Source: an archaeon (GTDB taxonomy: Archaea > Nanobdellota > Nanobdellia > Woesearchaeales > GCA-2686295). From it: 64,000 nucleotides of DNA. A program made the position numbers and the translations under genes. The notes beneath the pieces are model-generated. The model saw only the letters and a list, made by a program, of their open reading frames with translations, was not told where the DNA came from and searched no databases. Positions 28,034 through 36,807 of this stretch are shown one piece after another. Within the stretch, counting starts at the first letter, position 1, and each line of letters starts with the position of its first letter. The stretch lies in NCBI GenBank assembly GCA_043822105.1, contig JBDRCD010000004.1, positions 10,410-74,409 of the forward strand, given 5' to 3'.

Positions 28034-29243
28034 TTTTCTTTGTCCTTTCTTTAATGTATTTGTCCTTTAAAGAATCTTTTATTAGATTGTCTATTTCTCT
28101 GTATTTCCTGTTTTCTTCGGCGTAGAGTCTGTTGTTTTCTACGAAAGTGTTTTTGTGTTTTTCCCTGAACCTTTCAACGCCGATTTTTTCAGTCAATGGA
28201 GGACCTGCCATTATCATTGTCTTTGAAAGTATTTCTTTTTTGATGATGAAATACATGATTCCTTTGTCTATGAATTCAAATCCTGAATCGACCAGTTCAA
28301 AGTCATTCTTTCTGATTTTTGCTCTCAGAAACTGGAAAGTTTTCAGAAGCTTTGCTCCGATGATATCTTTTTTTCCTTTCAAAGGAAGGGCTTCCATGAA
28401 TATTAATTGTTCATCTTCATCAAGCTTTATTTCTTTTTTCACAATTGGTTTTACCCTGAAGAATTCTATGCTTGGGTTTTTCAGGAACTTCCAACAGGCT
28501 TCTACGAACAGGCTGAATTTTTCCATGTTCATGGCTGCTGCTGCGTTTCTGTCGGGTTGGATTGGGTCGACGATGATTAACGGCGAATGAGTCTTTGCTT
28601 TGTCCAGCTGTTTGATGGGATCTTTAAGATGTTTTTCCAGGTCTATGACCATCTTTGGCTTCCACTTGGTGGCTGCAGTTATCAGTTTTTCAAATGAGCC
28701 GTAGTGGATTATCAACAGGTCTAGGATGTGTCCTGAGAATCCTTTGATGTAGGACTCTGCGCCGTAGACCTTTGCGCTTTTACAGAACTGCTTTGCAAGC
28801 CTGATTTCGTCTCTTTGATTTTCTTTTAGTTTTTTATTTACATAGGTTACGTGCAACGGACTCATGTCTGTGACGTTTGCCGCTTTTCTGTAGTCAGTGA
28901 TTTTCAGAACTGGAACTATTTCGAACAAAAGTTTGTTTTGTATCTGGAAGTAGTCCCTGCTGCCATGGACTCGTTCAATCTTGAAAGCTTTTTTCAGGAC
29001 GGGTTCAAGAATGTCTGAGATTTTTTTCCCTTTGTAGGAATAGTCAAATCTAACAAACAGGTCAACGTCGTAGTCGTTTTTCAGGAATGTTCCTTTTGCA
29101 GTGCTTCCGCCCTTGACACAGTCTGCTTTTATCTTTTCTTTTTTTAACAGGGAGTTTATTTTTTTTACAGTGTCATCTACTTCTGTTATAACCCTGTTGT
29201 CTGGTTTTAATTCCTTCTTTATTTTGGATAAAAGCTCTTTCAT
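28020..29243 (-). CDS. cca: CCA-adding enzyme, archaeal class I tRNA nucleotidyltransferase
   Basis: N-terminus KGGSTAKGTFLKNDYDVDLFVRF, which matches the GSxAKGTxLxxxSDIDLFV motif of the archaeal enzyme. Length of 407 aa is also typical. Confidence 0.85.
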   Translation of the reverse strand: MKELLSKIKKELKPDNRVITEVDDTVKKINSLLKKEKIKADCVKGGSTAKGTFLKNDYDVDLFVRFDYSYKGKKISDILEPVLKKAFKIERVHGSRDYFQIQNKLLFEIVPVLKITDYRKAANVTDMSPLHVTYVNKKLKENQRDEIRLAKQFCKSAKVYGAESYIKGFSGHILDLLIIHYGSFEKLITAATKWKPKMVIDLEKHLKDPIKQLDKAKTHSPLIIVDPIQPDRNAAAAMNMEKFSLFVEACWKFLKNPSIEFFRVKPIVKKEIKLDEDEQLIFMEALPLKGKKDIIGAKLLKTFQFLRAKIRKNDFELVDSGFEFIDKGIMYFIIKKEILSKTMIMAGPPLTEKIGVERFREKHKNTFVENNRLYAEENRKYREIDNLIKDSLKDKYIKERTKKISVC

Positions 29244-29372
29244 ATCTTTGTTTAATGCTCGTGATTATAAAAAGCTTATTATCAAAAAGTGTGATACCTT
29301 ATCCTTTAAGGTTAAGGATGTGGCACTTTTTGGGAATCCCAAAATTTGATTTTCAAAGGAATTGCGTTAATA

Positions 29373-29392
29373 CCACAACCCCTGGGTTGTGG
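29373..29392. other. perfect 9-bp inverted repeat (CCACAACCC..GGGTTGTGG) in a divergent intergenic region
   Basis: A GC-rich hairpin in an AT-rich spacer between cca (minus strand) and the start of the secreted-protein block (plus strand). Confidence 0.4.
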
Positions 29393-29484
29393 ATAAGTAA
29401 TTTCATCAAATTTTGTTATCCTAATCGAAAACTATATATAGTTGTTAGCCCTGAATTTAATCATAAGAGGTTGGTGTTTTTACG

Positions 29485-29727
29485 GTGAAACTAAAGACTT
29501 TTGAAGAGGTGGGAATAGTTGTTCTTGCTGTACTGATAGTCATAGCATTGATAGGGCTGCTGATAAACTGGTACTACCAGAAAGAGCCTGAATTGGTCGG
29601 ACCAGAGGATGCACAACAGGACCTATTCAACTCTGTTGAGGAAGGTAACCTGACTAAATGTGATGAACTTTCGCCTGCAATGAGAGAGGTCTGCAGGAGA
29701 AGCATAATCGAGCAGAGTGGAGGATGA
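29485..29727 (+). CDS. small single-pass membrane protein
   Basis: GTG/ATG start, one TM segment (IVVLAVLIVIALIGLLINW), and an acidic tail. Confidence 0.4.
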   Translation: MKLKTFEEVGIVVLAVLIVIALIGLLINWYYQKEPELVGPEDAQQDLFNSVEEGNLTKCDELSPAMREVCRRSIIEQSGG

Positions 29728-30425
29728 AAATGAAGAAATTTTTGTTATTAATGATCATTATTTTGAATGTCGGAATGGTTTACGGAGCGTGCGGTGGAGC
29801 AGGAGCTGTAAATGGTGTTCAAGGAGAAAACCTTGTATTAACAGCGCCAAATCCAGTGATTGGTTCTGGTGTATCCTGGAGCATTGTTTCTCCTTCCACT
29901 TATCCTTCTGGTTCTGCTTTTTCAGGTGCTTCTGGCTGTGATGTAACTTTCAATGCTGTGAATGATGGTGTTTTCATTGTTCAAGCAAGTGATGCTGGTG
30001 GAACTTCACAGATAACAGTAACGCTTGCAAACTATTTAACAACCTATGGTTTTGGTCATCAGTGTTATTCTGTGAACACCGGTAACTGCGGTGACATAGA
30101 ATCCTATGGAGATGTGACTGCATCGGGTCTTATGAGCGCAGATAATGTCTTTGCATTCTCATGGATGCACTCATTTGGTGATGTGAAAATTGGAAACTTT
30201 ACAGCTCCTGCGGTTATTCTTAGCGCTACCGGAGTTACACTTCCGGCGACAGCAATAACAGGCGGACTGAGTGCCACTGGCGCAGTTTCTGCTGCATCTG
30301 CAAGTGTTACTGGAAATGTTAATGCAGGAAAATTTATAGGGCCTATTGACTTGAAAAACTGTGCAAACCCTCCAAAGATTTATTCAAATAACAATGATAT
30401 AGTTGTGGAGATAGGTAGCTGCTGA
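29724..30425 (+). CDS. secreted Gly/Ser/Ala/Thr-rich protein (paralog A)
   Basis: Signal peptide MKMKKFLLLMIIILNVGMVYGA, a CGDI motif, and a KFIG motif near the C-terminal Cys. Confidence 0.5.
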   Translation: MKMKKFLLLMIIILNVGMVYGACGGAGAVNGVQGENLVLTAPNPVIGSGVSWSIVSPSTYPSGSAFSGASGCDVTFNAVNDGVFIVQASDAGGTSQITVTLANYLTTYGFGHQCYSVNTGNCGDIESYGDVTASGLMSADNVFAFSWMHSFGDVKIGNFTAPAVILSATGVTLPATAITGGLSATGAVSAASASVTGNVNAGKFIGPIDLKNCANPPKIYSNNNDIVVEIGSC

Positions 30426-30883
30426 TGAAAAGAATTGTTTTTTTACTGATGTTTTTACTTGTTCTGGGGATGGTTAGTGCTGCAGATCATGAATGTTTTG
30501 ATATTAATACCGATGCCTGTGGGGATATAGATGTCACTAACGATGTGGTTGTTAATGGTAATATGCTTGCAGAGTTTTTCAATGTAACTACTATCATATA
30601 TGCAAACACTTTTTCTTTGACACCTCTTGGAAGCTTTCCTACGATGGTAATAAACATAACTAATAATAACGCTGTTTTTAAAACCGATATAACTGTAAAT
30701 GGTGGATTAGCTGTTAACAATGCTTTGTCTGCAGGAAGCATGGCTGTTGTTGGTAACTTTGTTGCAAATAAGTTTATAGGATTTTTAAACCTTGAAGCTG
30801 CATGTGATGAAGCGTCAAACAGAGTTGTAGGCAGTGTTACTGGTGTCAGCTTTGTTTTTAAAAGTGATACACCTTCATGCTAG
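30425..30883 (+). CDS. secreted protein (paralog B of 29724..30425)
   Basis: Signal peptide. Shares the CGDI(D/E) and NKFIG motifs and the terminal ...SC with the upstream gene. Its start overlaps the upstream stop in a TGATG arrangement. Confidence 0.5.
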   Translation: MKRIVFLLMFLLVLGMVSAADHECFDINTDACGDIDVTNDVVVNGNMLAEFFNVTTIIYANTFSLTPLGSFPTMVINITNNNAVFKTDITVNGGLAVNNALSAGSMAVVGNFVANKFIGFLNLEAACDEASNRVVGSVTGVSFVFKSDTPSC

Positions 30884-30923
30884 AGTAAAATTTATATAGT
30901 TTGAATACAAAGGAGATATTAAG

Positions 30924-31502
30924 ATGGTGCGAGCTGATTTGGTTGATTATGTTGAGAAGGCTGAGGCTAGGGGTCTTTCTGTTGATCAGGTTAAGGCTAT
31001 TTTGTTGAAGGCTGGTCATTCTGATGAGGTTGTTGAGTTGGCGATACTTGAAACCCATAAAAGAGCTAGGGTTGGTAGGGCTTTTGGTTTTCACCCGGCG
31101 ATTTTTTATTTTTTCATACTTCCAGTTATTGTTGTTGTCGTTGTTGTTGGCATAGCTAATTATGCTGGTAGTGGTGACGTTGATGGGGGCGTTGTTGATA
31201 TGTCTGAAACTGAATATTCAATGGCTGACTTGGCGTTGTTTGATGAGGCTGTTGATAGTTATGAACCTTCTAATTGTCGTGAAATTTCTGCTTTTGAGTT
31301 GAGAAAGCGTTGTTTTGAGAGGATGTTTCCTGATACTCCTTTTGTTTATGAGGTTGGGATGTCTAATCTTGAGGTGACGCAGATGTCTGTTGAAAGTCTT
31401 GATTATGAGATGTGTCAGCAGATAAGTGATGATTCTGATAGGGGTCGATGTTTTGGATTGGTTATTAAGGCTAATGAGAAAAGTTTATTAATTGAAGGAT
31501 GA
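30924..31502 (+). CDS. single-pass membrane protein with a cytoplasmic N-terminal helical domain
   Basis: Central hydrophobic segment FYFFILPVIVVVVVVGIA and a C-terminal domain containing 3 Cys. Confidence 0.45.
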   Translation: MVRADLVDYVEKAEARGLSVDQVKAILLKAGHSDEVVELAILETHKRARVGRAFGFHPAIFYFFILPVIVVVVVVGIANYAGSGDVDGGVVDMSETEYSMADLALFDEAVDSYEPSNCREISAFELRKRCFERMFPDTPFVYEVGMSNLEVTQMSVESLDYEMCQQISDDSDRGRCFGLVIKANEKSLLIEG

Positions 31503-31509
31503 ATAAAAG

Positions 31510-33138
31510 ATGGAGATGAAGTTTATAAGTTTGTTGTTGGTTTTTGTTTTTGTTCTTAGTTTGAATGCTTTGAGTGTGAATGCATGGACTGGTACTTGTG
31601 ACAATGGTTGTGATTGTTGGGATAATACTCGATGTAGATTAACTCCGCCAGTAGGTTCTTCGTGCTTTGAAGCACCGGGAGAAGATTGTGATTCTGGTTA
31701 TGTTTGTTCAGGTAATGCTTGCGTTGCAGATACTACTATTCCTGATGAGCATGATTTGACTGCTAGTTCAAGAAATATTGACGATACTTTTGTCACTCTT
31801 GTAATGACTTCTGATGATAATGGTGATGGTTTAGGTATAGAATATTATACTCTTCACAGAAAGGAAAGACCTATCGGTGGCTCTTGGAGTGCTTATGTTC
31901 ACCTTGCTTACAATTCTATTTCTGGCAGTTGGTATTGGACTAGTGGAACGCCTTCTGCTTATTCTGCAACAGGAAATGCAGTTGATAATTATCGAACTAC
32001 TTATACTGACAATACATTAGTTCTTGAAAAAGAGTACTACTATGATGCTCATGTTTATGACTGGGCTGGAAACTATGATAATAGTGGTAATGGATTATAT
32101 ATTGATTGTACCCTTGGCTGTGATGATTACAGCACTCAATGTACAAAAGCGGTTTGTGGTTCAGGTACTTGGTTGAGTAGTTCGCCTTCATCAATTTGGC
32201 AAACAGGAACTTATGCGAATTGCTGTGGAGATGATAATGAAGTATGGAACAGAGAGAAGGTTTTGAGCAGATCTTGTTACTCTTTAGCTTCACCCTATGG
32301 CTGTTCCAGTGGTCAATCTACTGATAAAGTTTGCATCCAAGGAAGCGATGATGGAGCTAATTCTTGTGTTTTTAATAGCGTTTACTATGAAAACAATGGC
32401 TATGCTGATTCTGAAGGAGAATCAAATCCAAATACTGCTGATGGACATGATGAAAGAATTATTTGTGTTGGAGTAGACGTTAATGGTCATTGGGCTGATT
32501 GTGACCATGCTGATTGGACTTGTAAAGCTAGTTGCAGTTCGACAAATGATGCTGATTGGATAGTTGCAGGGGAATCAGGTGTTGGAGAATACACAGACAC
32601 AACAACTTCTAAATGTTGTGGAGATGACGGAAGCGAATATGTTATCAGTGCAGGTGTTGGTCCAACAAAATGTTGCAGTAGCTCAAGTGAATGCGTAGAC
32701 AACGATGGTGATTGTCAGAGTGGAACAGCAGAGACAAATGCTAACGGAAACTGTGGTAATGGTGTAGATGATGACTGCGATGGAGACATAGACTCTGCAG
32801 ATAGTGATTGCTGTGGCGGAGAAGGTGCTGCTTGCACAACCGATGCTCAATGTTGTGGTTCAATTCCTTGTGATAATCCTATAGAGAATAATGGTAATAC
32901 TTGTGGTTGCCCAACAGGGTATGACTGGGTACCCGATGCTATTTCTCCTGGTGTTGGAGATTGTGTTCCTCTAGGTGCAAGCTGTGGAGTTCCTCCTTCT
33001 AACTGTGATGTGAATCCTATTCAGGTTGGTTGTTTGTATACTATTACTCCTTCTTGGAATCCAACTCAAGGTTGTTGTGAATATGGCATTTATGGTGGAA
33101 CCACAGATTATGCTTGGGATGACATAATCACTTATTAG
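31510..33138 (+). CDS. secreted Cys-rich surface protein with CCGDD-type repeats
   Basis: Signal peptide, more than 40 Cys, and recurring CCGDDNE / CCGDDGSE motifs shared with 36808..38874. Confidence 0.6.
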   Translation: MEMKFISLLLVFVFVLSLNALSVNAWTGTCDNGCDCWDNTRCRLTPPVGSSCFEAPGEDCDSGYVCSGNACVADTTIPDEHDLTASSRNIDDTFVTLVMTSDDNGDGLGIEYYTLHRKERPIGGSWSAYVHLAYNSISGSWYWTSGTPSAYSATGNAVDNYRTTYTDNTLVLEKEYYYDAHVYDWAGNYDNSGNGLYIDCTLGCDDYSTQCTKAVCGSGTWLSSSPSSIWQTGTYANCCGDDNEVWNREKVLSRSCYSLASPYGCSSGQSTDKVCIQGSDDGANSCVFNSVYYENNGYADSEGESNPNTADGHDERIICVGVDVNGHWADCDHADWTCKASCSSTNDADWIVAGESGVGEYTDTTTSKCCGDDGSEYVISAGVGPTKCCSSSSECVDNDGDCQSGTAETNANGNCGNGVDDDCDGDIDSADSDCCGGEGAACTTDAQCCGSIPCDNPIENNGNTCGCPTGYDWVPDAISPGVGDCVPLGASCGVPPSNCDVNPIQVGCLYTITPSWNPTQGCCEYGIYGGTTDYAWDDIITY

Positions 33139-33145
33139 ATTTATT

Positions 33146-34921
33146 TTATTCTATTTGATAATTTTCAATATTTGTTCCGCCCTGTAGTTTTAGAAATACT
33201 TCTTTTGCTTTCAACTCGTTTTGAGTTGTTTCCGAATCATATACAGGAACACTGCTTAAGTCTTGAGAATCTTCGCTATGATAAGGCCATCCGAGTCCAT
33301 GTGTGAATATTTCGTGTTTTATTTCTCCTTTTAATCTCTCAAAGCTATTCTCTGATGCGCTATTCCATATAAAAACAGTTGCATCATCGATGTACCACAC
33401 TCCATCTTTTTGTATGTAGTCTGGGCTGAATCTACTATTATCTTGTGAATAGTTGAATTTGTATTTTGCGTTTTCATCAGTTGTTTTTTCTACTACGTTC
33501 ATTTCGAGTTCTTGGTTTATCTCGTCTATTGCTTCGTCTGCTGCTCTTTTGTAAAATTCTGCAGGCATTTCACTTTCGTTGGTATTAATCGTTTTTGGAT
33601 AGTCTTTATCCCAGTCGCCTGGTTGACCTCCTATAATTCCATGTCCTCTCATGTGTGTTATGAAGTCAAGAATGTCCGTATATGATTGGCTATCATAAGC
33701 AACATCTGGCACCATTTCAACATTGTATTCTATATCTCCTGTGATGCTTGTACTTTCTGTGTCTGAATAGTTAAAGTATTCTCCAATATCTCCGACAATG
33801 TTTTCGTCTTGTATTTTTAGGTTTCCGCTTGTTGAAACGTTGGTTGGGTATTCTAGTGTTGCTGTTCCTTGGCTGTTGGTTGTGACTGTTTTTCCTGCTA
33901 GCATTACTTCTAGTGCTGGTATTCCTTGGTCGTTTAATACGTTTGTTGTGTTGACTATTATTTTGTAAGAATCAATATTTATGTTTACTGTGTCTTTGTC
34001 TGTTAGTCCTGTTGGGTCTGTTACTGTTAGTTCTATTTGGTATTGTCCTCTCGTGTTTGTTTTGAAGTTGGCGTTTGCTTGGTCGCTGTTTGTTATGTTT
34101 GGGTTGCCGTTTAGTGTTTTCCACTCGTAGGTTGTTATTGTTGTTTGGTCTGGGTCGTAGCTTTGGCTTCCGTCTAGGGTTATTTCTTCGTTTATCGTGC
34201 CTGTTTTGTCTGGGCCAGCGTTGGCTATTGGTGCATCGTTTATTGGTGTGAAGTTTATGTTTATTGTTCCGTTGTCGGTGCTTTCGTTGTCTGTTCCTTG
34301 GTAGTTGATGTTTGCTGGTCCGTTGTAGTCTTGCAAGCCGTTTATTTGTAGGTCTCCGTTGTTGTTGATGGTTGCGTTTACGTTGTTGGTGCTTGTTATG
34401 TTTAGATATGTGTTGTCTCCGTCGGCGTCTTTTAGCAGTTTGTTTTTAGCTATTGTTCTTGTTTCGTCTTCATTCATTGTTATGGATGTATCAATTGCTG
34501 TTACGTTTGTGTTGTCGATGTTGTATATCCATGTTACTTTGCTACTGTCTTCTTTTGTTTTTGCTATTCCTTCGATGGTTGTCACTCCTTTTTTGTTGAA
34601 GGTGTGGGTGTATTTGTTGTCGTTGTCGACTTTTCGTCCGTCTACTCTGTAGGAGTTGTTGATTGTTAGTCCTAGTTCGCTGTTAGAATCAAAGCTAAAT
34701 GATAGTTGTTCGCCTACTTTTTTATCACTATAACTTCCTGGAAGTGGTTGTTCATTTGTAATTGTTACTTTTTCTTTTGGATCTGTGTGGTTGAATAGGC
34801 TGCACGCGGTTGTGTTTAGTACTAGGTAGGTGCTTGTTAGGATTATTGCTCCGTTTCTTGCAACTCTTTTAGCCTTGTCCCAGCCTTTGTCAACAATATC
34901 GGTAAGATTCATATTAATCAA
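33146..34921 (-). CDS. secreted PKD-domain protein with a C-terminal HEIFTHGLGWPYH His-rich motif
   Basis: N-terminal TM/signal segment, a PKD-like block (PIANAGPDKTGTINEEITLDGSQSYDPD), and an HExxxH..G...H motif near the C-terminus. Confidence 0.6.
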   Translation of the reverse strand: MINMNLTDIVDKGWDKAKRVARNGAIILTSTYLVLNTTACSLFNHTDPKEKVTITNEQPLPGSYSDKKVGEQLSFSFDSNSELGLTINNSYRVDGRKVDNDNKYTHTFNKKGVTTIEGIAKTKEDSSKVTWIYNIDNTNVTAIDTSITMNEDETRTIAKNKLLKDADGDNTYLNITSTNNVNATINNNGDLQINGLQDYNGPANINYQGTDNESTDNGTININFTPINDAPIANAGPDKTGTINEEITLDGSQSYDPDQTTITTYEWKTLNGNPNITNSDQANANFKTNTRGQYQIELTVTDPTGLTDKDTVNINIDSYKIIVNTTNVLNDQGIPALEVMLAGKTVTTNSQGTATLEYPTNVSTSGNLKIQDENIVGDIGEYFNYSDTESTSITGDIEYNVEMVPDVAYDSQSYTDILDFITHMRGHGIIGGQPGDWDKDYPKTINTNESEMPAEFYKRAADEAIDEINQELEMNVVEKTTDENAKYKFNYSQDNSRFSPDYIQKDGVWYIDDATVFIWNSASENSFERLKGEIKHEIFTHGLGWPYHSEDSQDLSSVPVYDSETTQNELKAKEVFLKLQGGTNIENYQIE

Positions 34922-35014
34922 TAAATTGTCATTTCTACTATATAAATGTTTCGGTTGTAACCATTACTAAGTAGTCAAAAATTAATGAGCTTTGTCATGA
35001 TGCTTTAGATAAAA

Positions 35015-35497
35015 TTATAATTCTTCCAAGTATTTGTCAAGTTCTTCATCAGACTTTAGAATTATTCCTTTGTCAATATTATTTATTATTTCTTTTAGTT
35101 CTTTCATTATTTTTTCTGCTTTTGTTATGGTTTTTTTTGCTGTTTTAAATTCCATTTCTTTTCCGTAGTAAGTTAATGAATTTCTTTTGTATCGCAAATC
35201 ATCAAACATTCTAAATAATTCTTCTTTTTTCAGAACATCTTTTAGATAAAATCCTAAACAAAGGTGAGTTTGAACCTTAAACCCTTCATGAATTACAAGT
35301 GTGTGTATTAATTCTAAAACAGAAGTGTAATAGCCTTCAAATACATAGTTTATATTTTCTTTATTTAATTTTATGCTTTTTAGAAATTTTATTCTTCCTA
35401 ATGAAGTTTTCATTAGGGAATTTGCTTTTGCTTTATCGGGAGAAATAATTATTGAAGCATTTGATTCGAGACAATCCTTCCAACTGCTTTCTTTCAT
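35015..35497 (-). CDS. HEPN-like partner of an MNT nucleotidyltransferase
   Basis: 160-aa helical protein immediately downstream of the MNT gene, with a 4-nt overlap. The HEPN assignment is by context only. Confidence 0.5.
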   Translation of the reverse strand: MKESSWKDCLESNASIIISPDKAKANSLMKTSLGRIKFLKSIKLNKENINYVFEGYYTSVLELIHTLVIHEGFKVQTHLCLGFYLKDVLKKEELFRMFDDLRYKRNSLTYYGKEMEFKTAKKTITKAEKIMKELKEIINNIDKGIILKSDEELDKYLEEL

Positions 35498-36027
35498 GCA
35501 TATACCTCAATAAATCCATTCAAAACAATTCCATTAATAATGCTATTTACAAAATCTTTGTTTTTTATTTCTTTTAAATTCTGATACTTAAATATTTGAA
35601 TATTTCTTTTCAACTCTGTTTCATATTTGTTAAGATTAATTTTATTTTTATTTGAACTTTCCACATAAATATCTATATCGCTGTTTTCAACGTCTTCTCC
35701 TTTTGAATATGATCCAAATAGCACAATATTTGCATTATCGTATTCTTTTACTATTTGTTTAATTAATTTTGTTGTCATTATTTGTTTTATGTTGAACAGT
35801 TTTTTTTCAATTAAATATTCTTTTGATGATCTATCTGCGGAGTAAAATTTGACATTTGAAATTTTTTGGCTTTTCAATATTTCTTCTTTTTCTAATTCTT
35901 TTGTATAACGAATAACCGAGGGTAAGGGTGTTTTTGTTTCTCTTTCTATTTGTCTCACTCTTAGTTTGGTTGTCGGGTTCACAAAAAAATATTCTTTTAT
36001 TTTGTTTTTGATACTTTTTTTTATCAT
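35494..36027 (-). CDS. minimal nucleotidyltransferase (MNT) with N-terminal wHTH
   Basis: GS...DxD motif in LFGSYSKGEDVENSDIDIYVE. Confidence 0.7.
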   Translation of the reverse strand: MIKKSIKNKIKEYFFVNPTTKLRVRQIERETKTPLPSVIRYTKELEKEEILKSQKISNVKFYSADRSSKEYLIEKKLFNIKQIMTTKLIKQIVKEYDNANIVLFGSYSKGEDVENSDIDIYVESSNKNKINLNKYETELKRNIQIFKYQNLKEIKNKDFVNSIINGIVLNGFIEVYA

Positions 36028-36212
36028 TTGATATTTATTATTATCAGTTGATATTTAAAGTTATCGGTTTTTTGTGTTAATTATAAACGCAATCCATTCT
36101 TAATGAATTTTAACCAAAAGATTCCGAAAATCTTTCGGAAATGCTCGGGCAATGCTTATTAACTTCTAAATCCTGCTTTTCGATGAAAACAAAACAACAA
36201 AAAGCAAAACCT

Positions 36213-36250
36213 TTAAATAATATTAAATAATCTTATTTAATATTAAATAA
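36213..36250. promoter_or_regulatory. operator-like repeat element upstream of the antitoxin gene
   Basis: Direct repeat AATATTAAATAA at 36219-36230 and 36239-36250, giving a 20-bp periodicity. It is embedded in the near-palindrome TTAAATAATATTAAATAA / TTATTTAATATTAAATAA. Confidence 0.4.
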
Positions 36251-36251
36251 G

Positions 36252-36482
36252 GTGATAAATATGGTATTAAAAACATTCAACGTGGAAGAAGAAGTTTACA
36301 ACAAGTTTTCAAGCCAGTGCAAAGAATTTGGCATGAGCATGAGTAAACAGATAACAATGTTTATGAAAACACAAGTAGAAGAGCCTGAAGTAAGAAAAGA
36401 ATACTTGGAAAAGTTAGAAAAAATAAGACAAGGAAAGTTTATTCCTGTGAAAAGTTTTGCTAAAAGATATGGTCTAGAATAA
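36252..36482 (+). CDS. antitoxin of a RelE/ParE pair
   Basis: Small acidic protein immediately upstream of the toxin with an ATGA overlap. The likely start is the ATG at 36261, preceded by AAGGTGA. Confidence 0.5.
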   Translation: MINMVLKTFNVEEEVYNKFSSQCKEFGMSMSKQITMFMKTQVEEPEVRKEYLEKLEKIRQGKFIPVKSFAKRYGLE

Positions 36483-36745
36483 TGAATTATAAATTGTTTA
36501 TTGAAGATAAAGTTGATAAGAAATTCTTCAAAATATCAAAGAAGAACAAAAAACAATTATTATCTATTAATAAAAAAATTCTACAAATACAACAAAATCC
36601 TTTTAGATTTAAACCTCTAAAAGGTGAACTATCTGGTTTAAGAAGAGTTCACATTGATAAATCATTTGTTTTGATTTATGAAATTGACGAAAAAAACAGA
36701 TTAATAAGAGTTTTAGATTTTGACCATCACGACAATATATACTAA
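36482..36745 (+). CDS. RelE/ParE-family toxin
   Basis: GELSGLRRVHIDKSFVLIYEIDEKNRLIRVLDFDHHDNIY matches the RelE/YoeB core (G.L.G..R.R.GDYRIIY.ID....I.IL.I.HR). Confidence 0.7.
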   Translation: MNYKLFIEDKVDKKFFKISKKNKKQLLSINKKILQIQQNPFRFKPLKGELSGLRRVHIDKSFVLIYEIDEKNRLIRVLDFDHHDNIY

Positions 36746-36807
36746 AACTATCCGAAAAATATATATACTCTCGTCTTCTTTATTCAAACATAAAAAGGGG
36801 TACTTTC

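Noticed and set aside
29101-29488. ORFs 29101-29349 and 29255-29488 on the plus strand
   Set aside because: They span the cca 5' end and the AT-rich divergent promoter region. They are low-complexity (Phe/Ser/Ile-rich) and unlikely to be real.
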